Source: Veillonellaceae bacterium
Lineage (GTDB): Bacteria; Bacillota; Negativicutes; Veillonellales; Veillonellaceae
Length of the DNA stretch: 24,000 nt
NCBI GenBank assembly: GCA_041855385.1
Contig: JBHAEC010000106.1
Location: 30,744-54,743, forward strand
Direction: 5' to 3'
Positions 15,122 through 23,272 of the stretch are shown here, one piece after another; positions within the stretch are counted from its first letter, which is position 1; the number at the start of each line of letters is the position of its first letter. The notes beneath the pieces are model-generated. The model saw only the letters and a program-made list of their open reading frames with translations, searched no databases and was not told where the DNA came from. Position numbers and translations under genes: made by a program.

Positions 15122-15895
15122 ATGAAACAAGATGAAAGAAGACATTATTTATTAGAATATCTTTTACGGGAAAGAAGGGAAGAAGATCGTATTTCCATCC
15201 CTTCAAGTAAAGAAGAAGAGTGGGCGCTACTTAGAGCTCTCATGAATGTACGCCTTCCGGAGCCTGTCAGCAAAGAATTTTTGGAAGTACAAGATGCATA
15301 TTTACAGGAAGAAAAGGAAAAGAGAGGCATTATAAGTCTTGAAACATTGGAAGAAAAAGAACCGCAGATCTATTTGTGGAGAGGCGATATTACAAGGCTT
15401 GCCGTAGATGCAATTGTCAATGCGGCTAATAATAGACTTTTAGGTTGCTTTGTTCCGGGGCATCATTGTATAGATAATGCTATTCATACTTATGCAGGCA
15501 TACAACTGAGATTGGCTTGCCATGAGCTTATGGAAGCACAGGGATACTTGGAACCTACAGGACAGGCCAAGATTACGAAGGCATATAATTTGCCCAGTAA
15601 ATATATCCTTCATACCGTAGGTCCAATTATAACCGGTGTTGTGACAGAGGAGGAAGAACGCTTGTTGGGGGCTTGCTACGAATCGTGCTTGGCCTTAGCA
15701 GATCAACATCAGCTGAATAGCATTGCATTTTGCTCTATTTCGACGGGGGAATTTTGCTTTCCTAATGATAGGGCGGCAAAGATAGCCATAAAGACGGTTA
15801 GAGATTATATAGAGCGCACCAAAACACCTATAGCAGTGGTCTTTAATGTGTTTAAGGAAAAGGATGAGCTGATATATTCGAAGCTATTAGGGTAG
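15122..15895 (+). CDS. macrodomain protein-ADP-ribose hydrolase
   Basis: ATG 15122 behind GGAGGAGGAG. Helical N-terminal extension, then macro motifs 'WRGDITRLAVDAIVNAANNRLLGC', 'ILHTVGPI' and 'FCSISTGEFCFP'. Confidence 0.85.
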   Translation: MKQDERRHYLLEYLLRERREEDRISIPSSKEEEWALLRALMNVRLPEPVSKEFLEVQDAYLQEEKEKRGIISLETLEEKEPQIYLWRGDITRLAVDAIVNAANNRLLGCFVPGHHCIDNAIHTYAGIQLRLACHELMEAQGYLEPTGQAKITKAYNLPSKYILHTVGPIITGVVTEEEERLLGACYESCLALADQHQLNSIAFCSISTGEFCFPNDRAAKIAIKTVRDYIERTKTPIAVVFNVFKEKDELIYSKLLG

Positions 15896-15920
15896 AAAAG
15901 TACATATATAACGGATAAAA

Positions 15921-15950
15921 AAGAGCTACCCCACAGGGGTAGCTCTTTTT
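15921..15950. terminator. bidirectional terminator between convergent macrodomain and permease genes
   Basis: AAGAGCTACCCC-aca-GGGGTAGCTCTT flanked by A-run and T-run. Confidence 0.85.
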
Positions 15951-16016
15951 GCTTTTATGTTCGCAGTTACAGATTAATACATTTTTCCCAAGCTATAAAA
16001 ACTAGCAAAGGCATTC

Positions 16017-17384
16017 TTAGAATGCAATGTAACGAAGTAATACCAAAGCTGCCAATACATACATGATCCAGTTAATTTCTTTTGCACGCCCTGTTACAAT
16101 TTTCATAAGAGGATATGCAATAAGCCCGGCGGAAATGCCGTTAGCGATGCTATATGTAAAAGGCATAAGAACGATAACTAGGAAAGCGGGGAAACTTTCT
16201 GTCCAATCAGCTAAATCAATGTCTCTAATTGCTTCCAGCATGAGCGCTCCAACAAGGATGAGAACAGGAGAGGTTGCCGCATTTGGAACCAGTAATATAA
16301 GAGGAGCAAAGAACAATGCCAAGAGGAATAAAGCTCCACAAGTTACGGCAGTAAGCCCGGTACGACCGCCGGCACCTACACCGGCAGCACTTTCGATAAA
16401 TGCTGTGATTGTACTTGTTCCGAGAATGGAGCCGAAACTTACTCCGATGGCATCTACCGTCATAGCTTTTCCGAGGCCGGGGAAAGAGCCGGTTTTTGGG
16501 TTGGCGATACCTGCTTTTGTTGCCGTGCCGATGAGAGTTCCCATGGAATCAAATAATTCTACGAAGGTGAAAGAAAAAATAATTGTTACGAGTCCCATAT
16601 GAAGAGCTCCGGGAATGTCTAAAGCAAAGAAGGTCGCTTTGCTAAAATCCGGAATCGCCATAAGGGAAAACTTTTCGGGAAGAGTAGCCGTGCCTGTTGC
16701 ATAAGCAAGTGCGGTTGTTGTTAATACCCCTATGAGTAAAGAACCTTGTACATTACGAGCCATTAACAGGGCTGTAAAGACTAATCCGAAAAGAGCTAAG
16801 GCAACTTGCGGATCTGCTAAATTTCCCATGGTAATCAATGTTTCGCTGGAAGAAGGAATATAATTGCCTTTATTTGCGACTACCTGTGCCAATGTGTCAG
16901 GGCGAAGAGATAGGGAAATTGTCATAAGTCCGGAGAGTTTTAATCCTATAATGGAAATAAATAAACCTATCCCGACGGTAATTGCCACTTTCATGGAGGC
17001 AGGAATTCCTTCTACGATCATCTGGCGCACACTGGTTAGTGTGAGAATTAAGAATATAATACCTGAAATGAATACGGCACCGAGTGCTGTTTGCCATGTT
17101 ACTCCCATTCCGAGAACAACGGTAAAGGCATAGAATGCCAGTAGGCCTACGCCGGGAGCCAAACAAATCGGGTAATTTACCAATACGCCCATAGCGATGG
17201 TTACAATACCTGCACCCAAAGCAGTAGCAATGAATACGGCGTCCCGATCCATGCCTGCAATTCCCAAAATATTAGGGGCTAAAAACAAAATGTAAGCCAT
17301 AGTAACAAAGGTTGTTATGCCTGCAAGAATTTCGGTTTTAATTGTCGTATTTCTCTCTTGCAAGGCAAAAAGTTTTTCCCACAT
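16017..17384 (-). CDS. NCS2 family purine (adenine/guanine/hypoxanthine) permease, AzgA/PbuG-like
   Basis: 'LFALQERNTTIKTEILAGITTFVTMAYILFLAPNIL' is a typical AzgA-type N-terminus. 455 aa, polytopic. GGAGGTG RBS. Confidence 0.92.
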   Translation of the reverse strand: MWEKLFALQERNTTIKTEILAGITTFVTMAYILFLAPNILGIAGMDRDAVFIATALGAGIVTIAMGVLVNYPICLAPGVGLLAFYAFTVVLGMGVTWQTALGAVFISGIIFLILTLTSVRQMIVEGIPASMKVAITVGIGLFISIIGLKLSGLMTISLSLRPDTLAQVVANKGNYIPSSSETLITMGNLADPQVALALFGLVFTALLMARNVQGSLLIGVLTTTALAYATGTATLPEKFSLMAIPDFSKATFFALDIPGALHMGLVTIIFSFTFVELFDSMGTLIGTATKAGIANPKTGSFPGLGKAMTVDAIGVSFGSILGTSTITAFIESAAGVGAGGRTGLTAVTCGALFLLALFFAPLILLVPNAATSPVLILVGALMLEAIRDIDLADWTESFPAFLVIVLMPFTYSIANGISAGLIAYPLMKIVTGRAKEINWIMYVLAALVLLRYIAF

Positions 17385-17523
17385 GTTTTATACACCTCCG
17401 AAGGGTTAAATGAAAAAAGTAGATTGTTTTTGTGGGGACACAAACAACATCTCTACGTTACACCTAATAATAGCATATTTTTTAAAAATAGAGAATGGAA
17501 AGAATAATCTTTTTTGTGGATGT

Positions 17524-17552
17524 AAAAAAACAGCCTCAACATCTGAGGCTGT
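17524..17552 (-). terminator. intrinsic terminator of the symporter gene
   Basis: On the minus strand: ACAGCCTCA-gatgt-TGAGGCTGT followed by TTTTTTTA. Confidence 0.8.
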
Positions 17553-17570
17553 TTTGTATGGTAAAGTTGC

Positions 17571-18974
17571 TTAAACAGTTGGGTATTCGTATCTTGGTAT
17601 ACCATCCTGTCTCTTTTCATCATAATCGCGAAGAATGTTTTTAATTTCTTTACGAAGAAGGATAAGGGCGATTAAGTTCGGGATTACCATAATGCCGTTA
17701 AAGAGATCGCTGAGGTTCCATACGAACTCAACTTTTCCGAGGGTTCCAAGGACGATGAAGAGAAGTACGATAATGCGGTATGCTCCGAGGAGAGTTTTAG
17801 AATTGCTGAGAAAACGAATGTTGGACTCTCCGAAATAGTACCATCCGACAATGGTGGTAAAGGCAAAAAAGGTAAGACATATGGCAATGAGCATGGGGCC
17901 TATATTACCGAAGGCGATGTGGAAAGCTTCTTGGGTAACGAGAGCACCTGCCAAACCAAGTTTATCTGCACCGGTCAATAAAATAATGAGAGCCGTACCG
18001 GTACAAACAATAATAGTGTCTACAAATACACCTACGAAAGCGGCAAACCCCTGTAAAACGGGATGTGCTACCAGTGCTGTTGCATGTGCATGCGGAGTGG
18101 AGCCCATGCCGGCTTCATTGGAGAAGAGACCGCGGGCTACCCCATAGCGGACAGCTTCTTTCATGGTAATTCCCAGTAACCCTCCCCCAATAGCTTGTGG
18201 GGCAAACGCTCCTACGACAATGTTATTTATAACCGTTACAATATGTTCGCTGTAGTTGAAAAGTACAATAACCGCACAAGCTACATAAGCGACCGCCATA
18301 ATGGGCACTACAAGTTGAGCAAAATTGGCGATACGCTGTATGCCGCCGATAAAAATCAGTCCGGCTACAACAGCAAGAGCTATTCCCGTTATCAACGGAT
18401 CTATGGCAAAAGCATTGTTTACAGCCGAAGCGATAGAATTGGACTGTACCATACACCCAATAAAGCCAAGAGCGACAATTATGGCGATAGAGAAGAAAAC
18501 AGCAAGTCCCTTTGCGGTTGTTTCGCCCAAAATATTTTTTAAACCTTTGGAAATATAAAAGGCAGGGCCCCCTACAAAGCGACCGGCTACTTCTTGGCGA
18601 TAATTTTGTGCTAAGATAGCTTCCGCAAAAATCGTCCCCATTCCGAAGAGGGCGCTCATCCACATCCAAAAAATAGCACCGGGACCACCTGCCATAATGG
18701 CTGTCGCCACGCCGGCAACATTACCTGTCCCTACCTGTGCTGAAACGGCAACAGCTAAAGCTTGGAAGGAAGAAATGGAGCGACCGTCACGGTCAGTCGG
18801 ATCCTCTTTATACAGTTTGCCAAACACTTGTCGAACAGCAGGACCGAACCGGATGAACTGGGGAAATCCCAGATATAAGGTGAAGAAAATGCCAATTCCC
18901 ACCAGTGCATAAATAAGCACATAGCCCCATAAAATGTCGTTAACTCCATTGACGACGCTTTCCAAAAACTCCAT
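17571..18974 (-). CDS. alanine/glycine:cation symporter (AGCS) family transporter
   Basis: 'VNDILWGYVLIYALVGIGIFFTLYLGFPQF', 'SSFQALAVAVSAQVGTGNVAGVATAI' and 'FSNEAGMGSTPHAHA' are AGCS signatures. AGGAGG RBS. Confidence 0.92.
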   Translation of the reverse strand: MEFLESVVNGVNDILWGYVLIYALVGIGIFFTLYLGFPQFIRFGPAVRQVFGKLYKEDPTDRDGRSISSFQALAVAVSAQVGTGNVAGVATAIMAGGPGAIFWMWMSALFGMGTIFAEAILAQNYRQEVAGRFVGGPAFYISKGLKNILGETTAKGLAVFFSIAIIVALGFIGCMVQSNSIASAVNNAFAIDPLITGIALAVVAGLIFIGGIQRIANFAQLVVPIMAVAYVACAVIVLFNYSEHIVTVINNIVVGAFAPQAIGGGLLGITMKEAVRYGVARGLFSNEAGMGSTPHAHATALVAHPVLQGFAAFVGVFVDTIIVCTGTALIILLTGADKLGLAGALVTQEAFHIAFGNIGPMLIAICLTFFAFTTIVGWYYFGESNIRFLSNSKTLLGAYRIIVLLFIVLGTLGKVEFVWNLSDLFNGIMVIPNLIALILLRKEIKNILRDYDEKRQDGIPRYEYPTV

Positions 18975-19017
18975 GATACGAAACCTCCTAGCTTTTTCTC
19001 AAAATAAAATATGACCT

Positions 19018-19046
19018 ATTCTAACACAGGCTCTTTGGGAAGACAA
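19018..19046 (-). promoter_or_regulatory. candidate promoter for the AGCS symporter
   Basis: On the minus strand: TTGTCT (19046-19041), 17-nt spacer, TAGAAT (19023-19018). Confidence 0.5.
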
Positions 19047-19110
19047 GAAAAAGTTTTCTGGTAAAAGATAAATGTTTTTACACAAAGGACTTGAAGAAGA
19101 GGAAAAAGAA

Positions 19111-19139
19111 ACGAAAAATCCCCTTTTATCAAGGGGATT
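19111..19139 (-). terminator. intrinsic terminator of the YczE-like gene
   Basis: On the minus strand: AATCCCCTT-gataa-AAGGGGATT followed by TTTCGTTTCTTTTT. Confidence 0.75.
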
Positions 19140-19158
19140 CGAGAATGTGTCTTGACTT

Positions 19159-19788
19159 TTATAAGAGGCGATCATGTTTAATATTTGCTACATCAAAATG
19201 TAAAATAGTAAATACCGTTTGTAACAGAAAACCGATGCTGAGGACAAAAAGCAGGGTACCCATCCCTACTTTGGCCCCCAATAGCCAACCAGTGAACAAT
19301 ACCGTTCCTTCCAAGAGGGCGCGGATAATGCCGATAGGTACATTTGGGAAACGCTTAGCGAGAGCGATCATGAGAGAATCGCGAGGACCACAGCCGAGAG
19401 CCGGTTTGATGTATAAATACGAGGCAAAACAGACACAAATTTGTCCGGTTAACATGGTTAGTACCCCATAAAAAAAATCGGTTTGCATGGGGATCAGATT
19501 TAGGTACAGAAAGAAATCAACCATATTACCTATGATGAGAATATTAAGGACAGTACCGATTCCAAATGGTTCTTTCATGTAATGTGTCAATATGAGGATA
19601 AGGAGCCCTACCACAAGAGAGACAAGACCAAAAGAAATTCCCGTAGCATAAGAAAGTCCCATGGTAAAGGCAGCCCAAGGAGAGAGGCCGATGTTGGCTT
19701 TAATATACAGATGAATTCCAAAGGCAAAAAGGAAAAGCCCGGCAATACAAGAGGCAAGACGATTAAAAGAAGGTAACGTTCTTGTCAT
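19159..19788 (-). CDS. YczE/YyaS/YitT-family membrane protein
   Basis: 209 aa, about 6 TM. 'IKANIGLSPWAAFTMGLS' and 'GCGPRDSLMIAL' motifs are typical of this family. AAGGAG RBS. Confidence 0.8.
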   Translation of the reverse strand: MTRTLPSFNRLASCIAGLFLFAFGIHLYIKANIGLSPWAAFTMGLSYATGISFGLVSLVVGLLILILTHYMKEPFGIGTVLNILIIGNMVDFFLYLNLIPMQTDFFYGVLTMLTGQICVCFASYLYIKPALGCGPRDSLMIALAKRFPNVPIGIIRALLEGTVLFTGWLLGAKVGMGTLLFVLSIGFLLQTVFTILHFDVANIKHDRLL

Positions 19789-20015
19789 ATATACTCCTTA
19801 GCATAGTAATTTGCTACAAATCAGTTATATAAATACGTACTTGTATATCATAAAAATAAGTATATGCCTTTATATTATATCTTTAATGTGTAAAGAGGGC
19901 AATGTAGTAATATTGAAAAAAATAGATAACTATATTATGATAAAGGCAGTAACCGTACCATCAGGTATGTGAGAAAAATACTAACTGTTGAGTGAATTGA
20001 AATGAGGTGTTATAT

Positions 20016-20840
20016 ATGGGTTGTGGAAACGGAGGTTGCGGTGGTTGTCCATCAGCAGGCGGATGCGGAAGCAAACAACAGGAACAGGTAGATTTTAGTG
20101 TTCCTATGAATGAATTAAGTTCTGTAAAGCATGTAATTGCCATTATGAGCGGGAAGGGTGGCGTCGGAAAATCCTTAGTTACATCTTTACTTGCCATTAC
20201 TATGGCCAGAAAAGGCTATAAAGTGGGCATTTTAGATGCGGACATTACCGGTCCCTCCATACCGAAAGTGTTCGGCATAACGGAAAAGGCCAAACAAGAT
20301 GAATTGGGGATGTATCCTGTAAGGAGCAAAGGTGGCGTGGATATCATGTCAATAAATCTTCTCTTGGATAATCCGAAAGATCCGGTAGTGTGGCGAGGAC
20401 CGATTATTGCCAATGTGGTTAGGCAGTTTTATAGCGATATCGTGTGGAAAGATTTAGATTATCTTTTTGTGGATATGCCTCCGGGAACGGGGGATGTGCC
20501 GCTTACGGTATTCCAATCTCTACCGGTGGACGGTGTGGTGGTGGTGACCTCTCCACAGGAGCTGGTATCAATGATTGTTGAAAAAGCGGTGCGAATGACA
20601 GAGATGATGAATATCCCCATTGTTGGAGTGGTTGAAAATATGTCCTACTTCCTTTGCCCGGATAACGGAAAAGTGTATGAGATTTTCGGCAAGAGCCACA
20701 TAGAGGATATCCTTAAGGAGTATGAATTACTCCTTTTAGGCAAGTTACCTATCGATCCGGAAGTCGCGACCTTGTGTGATGAAGGTCGCTTGGAAGACAT
20801 AGCTGTTACCCGTATGGAAGAAGTACTTCTTCCGGAATAA
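20016..20840 (+). CDS. Mrp/NBP35 family ATP-binding Fe-S cluster carrier-like protein
   Basis: ATG 20016 (GAGGTG RBS). Deviant Walker A 'SGKGGVGKS'. 'LFVDMPPGTGD'. 'VVENMSYF' motif. Cys/Gly-rich N-terminus. Confidence 0.9.
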   Translation: MGCGNGGCGGCPSAGGCGSKQQEQVDFSVPMNELSSVKHVIAIMSGKGGVGKSLVTSLLAITMARKGYKVGILDADITGPSIPKVFGITEKAKQDELGMYPVRSKGGVDIMSINLLLDNPKDPVVWRGPIIANVVRQFYSDIVWKDLDYLFVDMPPGTGDVPLTVFQSLPVDGVVVVTSPQELVSMIVEKAVRMTEMMNIPIVGVVENMSYFLCPDNGKVYEIFGKSHIEDILKEYELLLLGKLPIDPEVATLCDEGRLEDIAVTRMEEVLLPE

Positions 20841-20880
20841 TCAAATAATAAACAGTTTTAATGAAAACATTTAAGAATAA

Positions 20881-20917
20881 AAGCAATCGGCTTCAAAAGT
20901 CGGTTGCTTTTTATTTT
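20881..20917 (+). terminator. intrinsic terminator after the mrp-like gene
   Basis: AAGCAATCGGC-ttcaaaa-GTCGGTTGCTT (two G-U pairs) followed by TTTATTTT. Confidence 0.7.
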
Positions 20918-21075
20918 GCAAATTCCGAGTTGTTTTTTGATTTGTTATTTGATTATTGGCTATATTTTACGCTTACTGTGGGGATAAATCTATTATAGAA
21001 CGTCAGAAAAGGAACGGACGAGATTGGGTGGAATTGATTGGCGCACAGGATGTATTTGTGAGTAAAGAAAAATTG

Positions 21076-22149
21076 ATGAGGAATGATGGATTAAAAATGT
21101 ACCATGTGGAGATTGAACTGGACAAAATAGTTGAAAATGCAATTTCTGAAGGGGCCAGTGATATTCATTTTGAGCCCAAGGAGAAAGAAATGATAGTGAG
21201 ATACCGGATTGATGGACTTTTGTACAGACGTGTATGCATTGAAAGGGCCTATGTAGATAAAATAATTAATCGTATAAAAATTCTTTCCGGTGTCGATATT
21301 GGAGAAAGACGGGTTCCGCAAGATGGACGATGGAGATGGCGACAGAATCAAAAGGGGGTCGATATGCGCATGTCTACATTACCTACCGTATGGGGAGAGA
21401 AAATTGTACTCCGTCTTTTACCTTCCAATACCGGAGAATTGAGTTTGGCGGAGCTTGGAATGGAGGAACATATTCTAGAAGAGGTAAGGTGTATGCTTGC
21501 TAAGCCGTATGGGATGCTACTTGTGACGGGGCCGACGGGGTCAGGAAAATCTTCTACCTTATATGGATTGTTGCGCGAAATGGACAGAGAAAAGCGTAAT
21601 ATTATCTGTTTGGAAAATCCTGTAGAGCGCGAGATTGAACTGGCCAATCAGGTACAAATTAATGAAAAGATGGGGTTGACATTTTTTAGCGGGTTGAAAG
21701 CGGTGTTAAGACAAGATCCGGATATCATCATGGTGGGAGAAATACGTGATACAGAGACAGCTCAACTGGCTGTTCAGGCAGCGTTGACAGGGCATTTTGT
21801 CCTCTCGTCTCTGCATACGAACAATGCGACCGGTGCCATTGAAAGGCTGGTGGACATGAAGATTGAGCCCTTTCTTCTTAAAGCTACTTTGGTAGGCGTC
21901 GTTGCACAACGACTGGTTAGGCGGAGGTGTTTGCATTGCCAGGGGAGTGCCGGATGCTTTTATTGTAAAGGATGTGGGTATAAAGGTCGTATCGGAATAT
22001 ATGAAATACTTAAAATCCCGAGTAAAAATTGGGATTTAAAAACTGCAGATAAGTATTTACTTTGTACCTTGCGAGAATCGGGAAAACTATTGCTGGAAAA
22101 GGGGATTACAACAAGGGAGGAATTAATGCGTGTCGGAATTTGGGAATAG
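21076..22149 (+). CDS. pilB: GspE/PilB-family type IV pilus assembly ATPase (short form, no N1 domain)
   Basis: 'ASDIHFEP', 'RYRIDGLL', Walker A 'GPTGSGKSST', Walker B 'DPDIIMVGEIRD', His box 'TGHFVLSSLHTN', and a tetra-Cys cluster 'CLHCQGSAGCFYCKGCGYKGRIGIYE'. Start uncertain (21028, 21076 or 21097; the track uses TTG 20956). Confidence 0.85.
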   Translation: MRNDGLKMYHVEIELDKIVENAISEGASDIHFEPKEKEMIVRYRIDGLLYRRVCIERAYVDKIINRIKILSGVDIGERRVPQDGRWRWRQNQKGVDMRMSTLPTVWGEKIVLRLLPSNTGELSLAELGMEEHILEEVRCMLAKPYGMLLVTGPTGSGKSSTLYGLLREMDREKRNIICLENPVEREIELANQVQINEKMGLTFFSGLKAVLRQDPDIIMVGEIRDTETAQLAVQAALTGHFVLSSLHTNNATGAIERLVDMKIEPFLLKATLVGVVAQRLVRRRCLHCQGSAGCFYCKGCGYKGRIGIYEILKIPSKNWDLKTADKYLLCTLRESGKLLLEKGITTREELMRVGIWE

Positions 22150-23272
22150 AATCCGAAGAATTTTAGATAAAGCATCGTCTTTGGGAGCTGTAGACCTACA
22201 TATGGAGGAAAATAAAGATTTGCGTATGCGCATAAAAAACGAATTGGTTGTTTTTCCGGAAGAGCGGATAACGAAGGATGTTTTTGAAGCGTTGTCACAC
22301 TATTGCCAATGGGATTTTGTAAAGGGCGATAAACTAGCAGGGCATGACGAGAGGGAACAGTGGGGCGATTGTTTGCATGAATCTTTGGCCCGTTTTTCAA
22401 AAAAAGAGATTACATCTTTAGCTGATTCTCTCTTGGGAAGGCAGGTCTTTTCAAGAGAGGGCGCATTTACCATGGGAAGAGTCCGCTGTCGTGTTCATAT
22501 GTTTCGGGCACAGAGAAAGCTGTGTTCCGTAGTACGGCTTTTATACTCTCGAAATATGAGCTTGGAAAGGGATTGTCATAAAGATTTATTGCAGCATATA
22601 TGCCACTTGCGAGAAGGACTGGTTATCATTGTAGGTCCTACCGGCTCAGGAAAGAGTCATACTTTGGGATGCTGTATTTCATATATAAATCAGAACTTTT
22701 GTAAGCATATTATTACACTTGAGGATCCGGTGGAAACAATTTTTAAAAGTGATAAATCGTTTATTCGACAACGTCAATTAGGAGAGGATATTCAATCCAT
22801 GGCGGAAGGCCTTAGAGATGCACTGCGAGAGGATCCGGATATTCTTCTTATCGGAGAATTGCGAGATAGGGAAACTCTGGAGGCTGCACTGGAAGCTGCT
22901 GAAACAGGACATTTGGTGTTTGCCACACTACACACACAACGATCTATAACAGCTATAGGGCGAATGATATCTATGTTTCCGGCAGAACGACAAGAAGAGG
23001 TTAGGAATCAACTTTCATTGGTTTTAAAAGCAATTATATGTCAAAGATTGGCCTATATAGAGGATAAGGTACATCCTGTGAGAGATATTTTGCTTAACAC
23101 AAAAGCGGTCAGTAATCTCATAAGGCAGAAGAAGGAAGCACAAATTGTATCTGTACAAGAGACAGCTCCGCACATGCAAACCTTTGAAATGGCCGTGGAA
23201 AAAATGGCGAAGAGTTTCGGACATGAATGGGAGCTGAAATCGGTGGTGGAGGATTTGGATGAAATATTATAA
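22130..23272 (+). CDS. pilT: PilT-like type IV pilus retraction ATPase (with N-domain insertion)
   Basis: GTG 22130 overlaps the pilB end by 20 nt. 'GAVDLHM', Walker A 'GPTGSGKSHT', 'ITLEDPVE', 'REDPDILLIGELRD', 'TGHLVFATLHT', and no tetra-Cys motif, as in PilT/PilU. Confidence 0.85.
   Translation: MSEFGNRIRRILDKASSLGAVDLHMEENKDLRMRIKNELVVFPEERITKDVFEALSHYCQWDFVKGDKLAGHDEREQWGDCLHESLARFSKKEITSLADSLLGRQVFSREGAFTMGRVRCRVHMFRAQRKLCSVVRLLYSRNMSLERDCHKDLLQHICHLREGLVIIVGPTGSGKSHTLGCCISYINQNFCKHIITLEDPVETIFKSDKSFIRQRQLGEDIQSMAEGLRDALREDPDILLIGELRDRETLEAALEAAETGHLVFATLHTQRSITAIGRMISMFPAERQEEVRNQLSLVLKAIICQRLAYIEDKVHPVRDILLNTKAVSNLIRQKKEAQIVSVQETAPHMQTFEMAVEKMAKSFGHEWELKSVVEDLDEIL

Noticed and set aside
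17385-17523. Purine riboswitch or attenuator in the NCS2 permease leader. A weak hairpin GTTGTTTGTG-tccc-CACAAAAACAA is followed 5 nt later by TTTTTT.
   Set aside because: There is no purine-riboswitch core. The hairpin is AU-rich and bulged and is separated from the T-run, so it is too weak to call.
16063-18669. Multiple antisense or alternative-frame ORFs inside the permease and symporter genes (e.g. 16063..16602 +, 18223..18669 -, 17851..18147 +).
   Set aside because: They are shadow ORFs within strongly supported transporter genes, with no start signals.
19091-19471. 126-aa plus-strand ORF starting in the terminator region.
   Set aside because: It is antisense to the YczE-like membrane gene and begins inside that gene's terminator hairpin.
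20956-21075. TTG-initiated 40-codon extension of the PilB-like ORF.
   Set aside because: It has no RBS, the start is a rare TTG, and the extension ('MAIFYAYCGDKSIIERQ...') is unlike PilB N-domains. The true start may still be 21028, 21076 or 21097.
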